Position numbers and translations under genes: made by a program
Source: a virus
Length of the DNA stretch: 64,000 nucleotides
Reading direction: 5' to 3' (one strand)
Virus record (IMG/VR): IMGVR_UViG_3300017963_007659
Location: 32,001 to 96,000 of that record
In this document: piece by piece, positions 48,153-55,047 of the stretch
How the letters are laid out: each line of letters starts with the position of its first letter
Position numbering within the stretch: position 1 is the first letter of the stretch
Notes under the pieces: generated by a model
What the model was told of the DNA's origin: nothing
The model's database searches: none
Seen by the model: the letters and a program-made list of their open reading frames with translations, nothing else

Positions 48153-48686
48153 ATGGCAGTATACTTATGTTTCGGAAGTCAGCCGTACAACCTGAAGTCC
48201 TGGCTGATCCGGAAGCTCACCAGAGGACCCTATTCACACACCTGGATAGAGTACGACTCGGACACCTGGGGAGCCAAGATGGTTGTTCATGCTCAACCTT
48301 CTGGCATTGTTGTAGAAGCTCCAGAGACGGTTTACGAAGAGTATACCCTCATGAAGAGGTACCAGTGTACCTTCTCCGGAGCGGAGGAAGGGCTGAGGAA
48401 GTGCTACGGTTACATCGGCAAGCCCTATGACTACAAGGTCATCCTGACTCATATGTTCTTGCTGATCCTCTACTACATGGTCCCAATCAAGAAGTTCCGG
48501 GATTGGCTCTGGACGAAGACCGTCACCAACAGCAGTGCCTACTCGTGCTCGGAACTCGGAGCACTTCTCCTCCTGAATTCAGGGTATTTCCCTGCACAGG
48601 ACATGGATCCTGAACTGGTGACTCCAACAGACCTGTCGCAGTTCTGTAGCGAGCGCCCCTTGGACTTTCTACCAGAAAAGGTCTAA
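48153..48686 (+). CDS. Permuted papain-like (YiiX/YebB, NlpC/P60 superfamily) cysteine hydrolase
   Basis: YSHTWI (His), GKPYDY (Tyr), YSCSEL (Cys) and VTP.DL, in the permuted order. Confidence 0.8.
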   Translation: MAVYLCFGSQPYNLKSWLIRKLTRGPYSHTWIEYDSDTWGAKMVVHAQPSGIVVEAPETVYEEYTLMKRYQCTFSGAEEGLRKCYGYIGKPYDYKVILTHMFLLILYYMVPIKKFRDWLWTKTVTNSSAYSCSELGALLLLNSGYFPAQDMDPELVTPTDLSQFCSERPLDFLPEKV

Positions 48687-48689
48687 CTC

Positions 48690-49103
48690 ATGGCATGCTG
48701 CCGTCGATCCCCGAAGAGTACTACAATACTACAGCAAGTAGCTTCTAAACGACGGTCAGTGGGCGTTATAACCCCCAAGCAACCCCTGTTCAAACCTGAC
48801 CGTCGAGTATCCCCTACAGCAATGAAACCCAGCGCTTCAATCCTGTGTAAGCACTTCGAGAAGAAGGGCGCAGAGCTTCTTGTAGATGTGACTCCGGAGC
48901 GGAAGATCCTCTTCCAAGCCTCTGGAAGCACGTTCGATCTAGAGGAGAACATTGAGCTTTATGGATGCACTGGAAAGGTACCTACCTTCGTCAAAGCTAT
49001 CAGGCGCAACCTCAACAAATTGGAGGTAGCCCCTACCTCCAAGAGGATAGCCCTAGGGGAGCTACTCGCTGCTACAATCGAGCTTCTCAAGAAAGAAGCA
49101 TGA
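48690..49103 (+). CDS. Basic hypothetical protein
   Basis: 137-aa ORF. Confidence 0.55.
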   Translation: MACCRRSPKSTTILQQVASKRRSVGVITPKQPLFKPDRRVSPTAMKPSASILCKHFEKKGAELLVDVTPERKILFQASGSTFDLEENIELYGCTGKVPTFVKAIRRNLNKLEVAPTSKRIALGELLAATIELLKKEA

Positions 49104-49107
49104 GAAG

Positions 49108-49113
49108 GGTTAT
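49108..49113 (+). promoter_or_regulatory. Candidate late-promoter motif GGTTAT
   Basis: Intergenic, upstream of 49160. Confidence 0.3.
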
Positions 49114-49159
49114 TGTGTTGTAGGATGTAACGTGTCTCTCTTTTTGTCTGGATTTGACT

Positions 49160-49474
49160 ATGAGTAAACCATCTGCGGCTCCCGAACTCGAACCTGTTGA
49201 CACCGTTGAATTCGACCCTTGGGAGAAGGTTCTTGACGCTCTCACGGAGCAACGGCAAGATGTAAAGGACATAAAGAGGCAACTCAAAGTCCTCAACACC
49301 AATGTCGAGCTGGTCAGACAAGCCTACGTCGATGGGGCACGACGACTCACCCTCCTTGAAAACGAGTGCCCCAGACGAAACGGCACTTGTCCCACGAGCA
49401 TGACACCTATCCCTACATTATCCGACACGCTGTCTGATGACACAGAGATGGTTCAGTCAGACCAAGACTCCTGA
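49160..49474 (+). CDS. Small coiled-coil hypothetical protein
   Basis: Heptads ending LENECPRRNGTC. Confidence 0.6.
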   Translation: MSKPSAAPELEPVDTVEFDPWEKVLDALTEQRQDVKDIKRQLKVLNTNVELVRQAYVDGARRLTLLENECPRRNGTCPTSMTPIPTLSDTLSDDTEMVQSDQDS

Positions 49475-49755
49475 TAGTCCGCCTCCTCCATCCTCCTTCT
49501 CGTATTCGGATTGTGTTGTCCGGTATGATGACGCTCGTTCCCGCATCCCAAACAGGAACATGGCTGACTCGTCCTTGCATGGAAGCCTAAGACGACGCTC
49601 TCCAGTAGATATTGATTCTGAACGTAGTTGGTGTACTTGTCGGGTTTCTTCAAGAAGTCAAGTAGATAGTACCCTTGACGCAAACGAACACGATTCTTAG
49701 CTCGCTCATACTGAGCACGACGCCAAGCGCGACCACGAACGGGATAGGAACACAC
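49453..49755 (-). CDS. Small basic protein with a CSC..CGN motif
   Basis: GTG start, AAGGAGG SD; RA.RR...R.K and PCSCLGCGNER mark a recurring phage family. Confidence 0.7.
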   Translation of the reverse strand: MCSYPVRGRAWRRAQYERAKNRVRLRQGYYLLDFLKKPDKYTNYVQNQYLLESVVLGFHARTSQPCSCLGCGNERHHTGQHNPNTRRRMEEADYQESWSD

Positions 49756-49779
49756 GATGGAACCTCCTTTAGGCTAGCA

Positions 49780-50037
49780 TCATGTGTCCTCCCTTCGTCG
49801 AGCTTTGAATATTTCCTTCGATGAAATCATCTTCTTGCCATCAGCGGCTTCTATGATGTCCATCGAGGGGTAGAGACCTGCACGCATCAGTGCGATTTCA
49901 GAGGGAGACATCTTGGACAAATCTTCTCCGAACTCCTCTTTGATCTTCTCAACGAAGAAGTTCGTTAGGTCCGCGATGGCTTGCAGGTCATCCGTCACGA
50001 TACTTGTAGATACCCTAAGATAGAACCGGAACTTCAA
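49780..50037 (-). CDS. Hypothetical protein
   Basis: 85-aa ORF in the minus-strand operon. Confidence 0.6.
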   Translation of the reverse strand: MKFRFYLRVSTSIVTDDLQAIADLTNFFVEKIKEEFGEDLSKMSPSEIALMRAGLYPSMDIIEAADGKKMISSKEIFKARRREDT

Positions 50038-50266
50038 GAATAGACATGCCTATACAGTGGATATCCCTACCATCCAACTCTACAGTCCTTGGGTCATCCC
50101 CATCGTCAGGATACGCAGACAAAGGCATGTCTTTTAAACGAGGTTTCGGCAACAGTCTCCACCACGCTTCCAGCTTTTCCCTTGACTCCGACACACGGAC
50201 CGGGAAGGTCTGCCTTGGGTAGAAGTCCATCGACTCTCCAGGAATCTCGCCTACAAGTACATACAT
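50015..50266 (-). CDS. Hypothetical protein
   Basis: Start at MYVLVGE, after the upstream stop. Confidence 0.6.
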   Translation of the reverse strand: MYVLVGEIPGESMDFYPRQTFPVRVSESREKLEAWWRLLPKPRLKDMPLSAYPDDGDDPRTVELDGRDIHCIGMSILEVPVLS

Positions 50267-50276
50267 CCGATAACCC

Positions 50277-50528
50277 CTACAGCCACTCCTCACCGTCTTC
50301 GACAAGCGGCGAGATCTTCCAATCCACAACGACCTCATCGTAGCAAGAGGAGCAGAGGTGTGCTAGATGGACTTCCATGTCCTTTCCGGAATGATAGCCC
50401 CAACTTGCGCGAATCTCGGCGAACTCGAAGTTCATCTTGGCTTCGTCCTCTGTGCTCTTTCCACACTTGTTGCAGATGACGTCAACCACTACGGTCTTCA
50501 AGACTTCGCGATCTTCGGTTTTCTTCAT
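50277..50528 (-). CDS. Small Zn-ribbon-like protein
   Basis: VICNKCGK...AHLCSSCY. Confidence 0.7.
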   Translation of the reverse strand: MKKTEDREVLKTVVVDVICNKCGKSTEDEAKMNFEFAEIRASWGYHSGKDMEVHLAHLCSSCYDEVVVDWKISPLVEDGEEWL

Positions 50529-50534
50529 GGATTT

Positions 50535-50544
50535 CTTTGACTAG
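50535..50544 (-). promoter_or_regulatory. Candidate middle-promoter motif CTAGTCAAAG
   Basis: Exact decamer with AAAAAT upstream, 6 nt before ATG 50528, no SD. Confidence 0.65.
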
Positions 50545-50551
50545 ATTTTTG

Positions 50552-50580
50552 TTGACATGGGAGCGAGATTCTTGTAGTGT
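50552..50580 (+). promoter_or_regulatory. Sigma70-type promoter TTGACA-17-TAGTGT
   Basis: Perfect -35, 17-bp spacer, TANNNT -10; divergent intergenic region. Confidence 0.75.
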
Positions 50581-50604
50581 GTTCTCAGTTGGTTGGAGGA
50601 AAGC

Positions 50605-50856
50605 ATGGACACCGTCACGACAATCGATGGAACTGAATACCCCTACGAATGCGCCTGTGGCGAGACCTATTCCAACATCGACGCGGCGATCTGCTGCCGT
50701 AAGTGCCGCACCTACACGAATCAGGGCTACTGCGACGAGGTCATCGACCTCCGTCACGGTGGTATCGTCTGGACCTCCAACGTCGTCTACGATTGGGCTT
50801 GGGAACTCTCCGGAGCCCAAGGCAAGTGGCCGACTCTCGCAACCGTGTGGAACTAA
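50605..50856 (+). CDS. Small Cys-rich early protein
   Basis: GGAGG SD; ECACG...CCRKC...C. Confidence 0.7.
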   Translation: MDTVTTIDGTEYPYECACGETYSNIDAAICCRKCRTYTNQGYCDEVIDLRHGGIVWTSNVVYDWAWELSGAQGKWPTLATVWN

Positions 50857-50863
50857 GCGGATC

Positions 50864-50892
50864 TATACACCAGGAACAGATTCTTGTAGTGT
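50864..50892 (+). promoter_or_regulatory. Sigma70-type promoter TATACA-17-TAGTGT
   Basis: The 16-mer AGATTCTTGTAGTGTG is identical to the one in the promoter at 50566. Confidence 0.6.
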
Positions 50893-50902
50893 GGAGGACA
50901 GT

Positions 50903-51121
50903 ATGAGCATAGAACGTTACACCGACGCCCCTGAGTGCTACGACGGCTTCGGTACCCAGACGGTTCGCGAGACAGGGCGCTCCACGAAGCGCGGTCCCGT
51001 TCGTGTCGTCTCCCTCGTCCCCCGCCATCAGAACTGGCAGGAGATGCGCTACAGCTCAGGTATGCACCTCTGCATGGACCAAAAGAAGTGGGACGACCTC
51101 AAAGACCTCATCACTGTCTGA
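50903..51121 (+). CDS. Small early hypothetical protein
   Basis: GGAGG SD, ATG 50903 (MSIERYTD...). Confidence 0.7.
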   Translation: MSIERYTDAPECYDGFGTQTVRETGRSTKRGPVRVVSLVPRHQNWQEMRYSSGMHLCMDQKKWDDLKDLITV

Positions 51122-51134
51122 ATAGGAGCATGAC

Positions 51135-51362
51135 ATGGAGAAGCATTACGTTATCGAGGAGCTGGAGAAGAAGTACGCTCCCTTGTGGTGGCACCTACAA
51201 GGATTGACCTACACTGCCTCTGGGTATGGGTCAAAGATCCCTACCGACCACAAGGTGCGGTTGCCTGGAGACTCTCGCTGGCGTCGAGTGTACCATACGA
51301 TCTGGAGCAACAGCGGCACCTCCTGGGTCCAATACAAAGGCGAACGGATTGTAATCCGGTAG
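51135..51362 (+). CDS. Small early hypothetical protein
   Basis: AGGAG SD; TASGYGSKIPT...WRRVY...SNSG marks a recurring phage family. Confidence 0.75.
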   Translation: MEKHYVIEELEKKYAPLWWHLQGLTYTASGYGSKIPTDHKVRLPGDSRWRRVYHTIWSNSGTSWVQYKGERIVIR

Positions 51363-51372
51363 CGGGTTTTTC

Positions 51373-51401
51373 TTGACAGACTGAAGCGATTCCTGTAATG
51401 T
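51373..51401 (+). promoter_or_regulatory. Sigma70-type promoter TTGACA-17-TAATGT
   Basis: Perfect -35, 17-bp spacer; GATTCCTGTAATGT is close to the motif in the other two promoters. Confidence 0.75.
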
Positions 51402-51425
51402 AGTCTTTGTCAATTGGAGGACATC

Positions 51426-51806
51426 ATGGGTTGGAATGGTCTTCTTGGAAATAACGGTCGCGTCAATCCCTCGGATGAAGAGGTGAAGAGAAACCGCGCC
51501 GCGAAAGCCCGGAAAACGGCTGAGGCTGAAGAGCTGTTCTCTCAGCCCAGACCCGCTACAGATTGGGACCGTATGCTCCAAACGGCAGTGGAAGAAGCTC
51601 AAGTCGATAGCGACTGGCATGAGCCGAAACCTGATCCCACGGACGAAGAGATCGCGGCCCTTCTCGCTTGGTTTGGCTCCCGTGACGAAGGCATGTCCTA
51701 CTTGACGTCATTCCTCGCCGAACGCGGTTGGAATACTCTTGAAGACCTCTGGACGATGCGCGAAGCCCTTCTCATCGTTCAATATCAGTACCTCTCTGGG
51801 AACTAA
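51426..51806 (+). CDS. Early hypothetical protein
   Basis: GGAGG SD before ATG 51426. Confidence 0.7.
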   Translation: MGWNGLLGNNGRVNPSDEEVKRNRAAKARKTAEAEELFSQPRPATDWDRMLQTAVEEAQVDSDWHEPKPDPTDEEIAALLAWFGSRDEGMSYLTSFLAERGWNTLEDLWTMREALLIVQYQYLSGN

Positions 51807-52945
51807 CCAAAGAGCTTCACGTAGGGAAGAATCCCGCTCTCAATCCTCTCCTTCGCTATCTCAGCATACTCAGGGTTCAGTTCTACCCCAATGAAATGCC
51901 GGTCGTTCTTCACGCACACCAAACCAGTCGTTCCTGAGCCGCAGAAGGGGTCCAGGACGGTCGCTGGGACAGGAGTAGTCTCTTCGCACTCACAGGTTCT
52001 CCACGGAGCACCACAGGAGGAACAGACGCCTTCTGAGCTGGTTCCTGCCCGTATCATCGGAGTGATGAGGGCTTCCGGAAAAGTGGCGAAGTGGGAACCC
52101 TTGAAGGGCTGAGGATTGACATGAAACACGTTTGTTGGGTCCTGCTCCTTCAAGAAGTCACCCAGGATATCAGGGTGGTTTTCTGCCAACCACAGAGGAA
52201 GAGCAGTAGAATCCTCCACATGCCAAACGGATCGCCTGTTCCGCTTCTTGTACAGGGTCTCGCACTTCTCCTCGGAGCCAGGACCTCCCTTGCTAATCTG
52301 CTCCTGTCTCTTGAAGTTGTTCCCAGCTGCGTGGTCGGAGACGGCGTCTTCCTTGATCGCTTCGTGGTCGTAGAAGTAGTACCTACTCTTAGAGAACATG
52401 AAAACATTCTCGAAAGACCTTGTACAACGATCTCGAACCGGTTCAGGCATACAAGAACCTCCACGATAGTGAGGACCAGATATGCCTTTTGCCCATATAA
52501 GGTCTTGCCTGAGATAGTAGCCAGCATCCCGTAAGGCAAAAGCAACCTTCCAGGGTATACCTATCAAATCCTTCGGTTTGAGACCAAAGTCCGAGGCATC
52601 TACTTTGGCCCATCGTTTGACAGTCTTTTGTCCCTTCTCGTCACCTTTCCCTTTACGGCTTTCCCAATGCCCATGTCCCTTCGCTTGTGCATAGCTGTCA
52701 CCTAGAACAACAAACAAGGTCCCATCATTCCGGAGGACGCGATGAACTTCCTTGAAGACCTCTACAAGAGTCTGTACGAAAGCCTCTGGAGTGTCCTCCA
52801 GACCTATCTGTCCGTTAATATCGTAATCACGCAGATTCCAATACGGAGGACTCGTCACACAGCAGTGCACAGACTGGTCAGGGATCTCCCGTAGCTTCTC
52901 TTTGGCGTCCCCTACAAGAATCTCGTACCGACTTGTCATGGACAA
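51803..52945 (-). CDS. Orphan site-specific DNA methyltransferase (N4-C/N6-A, beta class)
   Basis: VTSPPYWNLRDY catalytic motif, HFATFP, and VLDPFCGSGTT SAM-binding motif. Confidence 0.92.
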   Translation of the reverse strand: MSMTSRYEILVGDAKEKLREIPDQSVHCCVTSPPYWNLRDYDINGQIGLEDTPEAFVQTLVEVFKEVHRVLRNDGTLFVVLGDSYAQAKGHGHWESRKGKGDEKGQKTVKRWAKVDASDFGLKPKDLIGIPWKVAFALRDAGYYLRQDLIWAKGISGPHYRGGSCMPEPVRDRCTRSFENVFMFSKSRYYFYDHEAIKEDAVSDHAAGNNFKRQEQISKGGPGSEEKCETLYKKRNRRSVWHVEDSTALPLWLAENHPDILGDFLKEQDPTNVFHVNPQPFKGSHFATFPEALITPMIRAGTSSEGVCSSCGAPWRTCECEETTPVPATVLDPFCGSGTTGLVCVKNDRHFIGVELNPEYAEIAKERIESGILPYVKLFG

Positions 52946-53190
52946 AGGACCACACAGGGACGGGCGTCTTCCCGCATGTCGTCCTCTGTGTAACCTTCCT
53001 CCTCCAGCTCTTCTGTGAGCTTCAGGAAATGAACCGAAATCTCGTAGCCTTCTTTGAGGTAGCCTTGGTCTGTGGATACAGCATACAGCTCCCCGTAGGC
53101 ATTGCCCTCAGCATCAGAAGCAACGAGAACGACTGTGTTCTCATCTACAGTCTGGAGTACTTTGATCAGCTCACCTGCCCGCATTTTCAT
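52936..53190 (-). CDS. Small acidic hypothetical protein
   Basis: M...ELI..L...DENT.V...SDAEGN.Y marks a recurring phage family. Confidence 0.7.
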   Translation of the reverse strand: MKMRAGELIKVLQTVDENTVVLVASDAEGNAYGELYAVSTDQGYLKEGYEISVHFLKLTEELEEEGYTEDDMREDARPCVVLCP

Positions 53191-53267
53191 ACTCTCCCCA
53201 GAGGTCTATCCCAGCTTGTAGACTTCCCCATCCAGCCGGGGGACGCTGACCGAACTCATCAGGCACC

Positions 53268-54194
53268 TCACACCAAGAACTGCCCACAGGCAGCCATGAC
53301 CTCGCTACCTGGAGATGTCTGCACCTTCACCCTCGGAAGCTCCTTCAAGAATAGCTCAGACACCTCATCGAACCGCTGTGATTCAGTGAATGGCGACCCT
53401 GAACACTGGTTGTAGCGGAGCAGCCGCAGCTCCAGGTCTGGACGTTCGGTAAAGAACCTCATGAGCTGCTCTATCTCCTCTGGAGAGTCGTTGATCCCCT
53501 CGAAGAGTAGCAGGTGACAGATGAGGGAGTTAGGCACCTTCCAGGAGCCTCTCAGGCGGTCCAGACGCTCTTGAAACCTGCTTCCATGCTTCCCCATGAG
53601 GAAGCACCTCGTCTCCTCGTTCAGAGACCCCAGAGAGATGAATAGGCGCACCAACGGGCGAGTCCTATCCTGCTCATTCTGGACTTCCGGAATCGTCTGG
53701 ACTTCCTTTACGAGCATGTCCAGGAGGTACTCTGGCATATTCTTGAAGTCGTAGTCAGGGAAGGAGGTGCCGACATCCACACAGTCCAGCCCTGTAGCCT
53801 TCTGGTGGTCTTTGAGGACACTCCGAAGAATCGAGGAAGTGACACAGCAGAGACTGCCTATCTCTGCCAGGGGCTCTCCCATCCCCATCCAAGCCAGCTT
53901 GACCTTCTTCTTCGTGATCGCCCGCCGATAGGTCGTCGCGTAGCTGATAGCATGCGAGAGGTTCTCTTCGATAGTCCACGGTTCGATCCGCTGGTACTTG
54001 CAGCCCTTCGTAGAGAGCATACAGAACTTGCAGTTCATCTTGCAACCGTAGGAGCAGGAGGCGAAGACGCTGTACTTCTCGCTGGCTTCGGATCCGAGAC
54101 CGGAACAGCCACCAACGTCTTTGATAGCCGTCTCTGAGAAGTCAGAGTGAATGAACTTGTAGACGGACCCGTCTTTAGTCGTCTTGACTTCCAT
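53268..54194 (-). CDS. rlmN: RlmN/Cfr-family radical-SAM methyltransferase-like protein (divergent)
   Basis: GCKMNCKFC (CxxxCxxC), MGMGEP, ISLG, GIND, RYN and AACGQ; AAGGAG SD before ATG 54194. Confidence 0.85.
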   Translation of the reverse strand: MEVKTTKDGSVYKFIHSDFSETAIKDVGGCSGLGSEASEKYSVFASCSYGCKMNCKFCMLSTKGCKYQRIEPWTIEENLSHAISYATTYRRAITKKKVKLAWMGMGEPLAEIGSLCCVTSSILRSVLKDHQKATGLDCVDVGTSFPDYDFKNMPEYLLDMLVKEVQTIPEVQNEQDRTRPLVRLFISLGSLNEETRCFLMGKHGSRFQERLDRLRGSWKVPNSLICHLLLFEGINDSPEEIEQLMRFFTERPDLELRLLRYNQCSGSPFTESQRFDEVSELFLKELPRVKVQTSPGSEVMAACGQFLV

Positions 54195-54459
54195 TCGTAT
54201 CTCCTTCTGGTGCGTCTGTCGTACATTTCTCACACAGAACAAGTCCCACCACATCTACGTGTTGGTCGATCAGCGTGCCACATCCAAAACACGCGCGGGT
54301 ATGAATGCTTGCTGCCTTCCACGAACAAGACCGGGGACGTTCTAGGGCTCTCTCCTGCTGTAGCTGTCCCAGAAGATACTCAGCATGCTCCTTCGGATTT
54401 CCTGGAGGAAGGTCATAGACAAGGATGTTCAAAAGCTCAAACAGCCGGTCTTCATCCAT
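54175..54459 (-). CDS. Small Zn-ribbon-like protein
   Basis: CFGCG...LCEKC. Confidence 0.6.
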   Translation of the reverse strand: MDEDRLFELLNILVYDLPPGNPKEHAEYLLGQLQQERALERPRSCSWKAASIHTRACFGCGTLIDQHVDVVGLVLCEKCTTDAPEGDTNGSQDD

Positions 54460-54746
54460 CAGTCTACGCCCATCTCAGGTTCAAAGACCTCCACTTCCGT
54501 GCAGGGAGGCTCAGGACCCTCATCCACTTCAAGAATCTTCACGATCTCAGCCGTGTAGTTGAGCTTCTCAAAGATGTTCTGCACATCCTTGCGCGCCTTC
54601 AAGAAGCTCTCAGCCTGTTCCTTCGTATCGAACAGGAAAGCGTTCTCCGTGTTGGTCAGCAGAGCGACCGGATACTCCGGATATTCTCCGAGATACCTCA
54701 TGCTCGCTACCGTATTAACAGGATATGTAGCTGAAATTACGAACAT
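54459..54746 (-). CDS. Hypothetical protein
   Basis: 95 aa, stop/start-coupled; A.LF.TKEQAE motif. Confidence 0.7.
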   Translation of the reverse strand: MFVISATYPVNTVASMRYLGEYPEYPVALLTNTENAFLFDTKEQAESFLKARKDVQNIFEKLNYTAEIVKILEVDEGPEPPCTEVEVFEPEMGVD

Positions 54747-54955
54747 TACTTCGCTCCTCTCGTAACTTTCGTTAGGTCTAGGTACTCTCCATCGCGCACC
54801 AGAACGTGTGTGGGGTCGGAGATGACCAACTTTGCTCGGATGTCTCCTTCATGGACGTATTCCGCATAGTAGACTCCATCCTCATACGTCAAGTAGGCGA
54901 AGCCTTGTGCGTTTGGGAGAGTCTCGACGTATAGAACGCATCGCTTTTTTGGCAT
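54746..54955 (-). CDS. Hypothetical protein
   Basis: 69 aa; GAGG SD. Confidence 0.65.
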   Translation of the reverse strand: MPKKRCVLYVETLPNAQGFAYLTYEDGVYYAEYVHEGDIRAKLVISDPTHVLVRDGEYLDLTKVTRGAK

Positions 54956-54963
54956 TATTTACC

Positions 54964-55047
54964 TCACAGGCATGAATCGAAGAGAATCGCTCCTACGACT
55001 AGCCCAACAAAGATGACCAGAACCCCGTACTTATCCCACCAAGGCAT
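54964..55047 (-). CDS. 27-aa single-TM peptide (MPWWDKYGVLVIFVGLVVGAILFDSCL)
   Basis: ATG overlaps the polymerase stop (TGATG) and fills the gap exactly; below the 60-aa cut-off of the ORF track. Confidence 0.55.
   Translation of the reverse strand: MPWWDKYGVLVIFVGLVVGAILFDSCL

Noticed and set aside
53203-53259. 17-codon mini-ORF (MSSVSVPRLDGEVYKLG) after the rlmN-like gene
   Set aside because: Too short and featureless to support without conservation data
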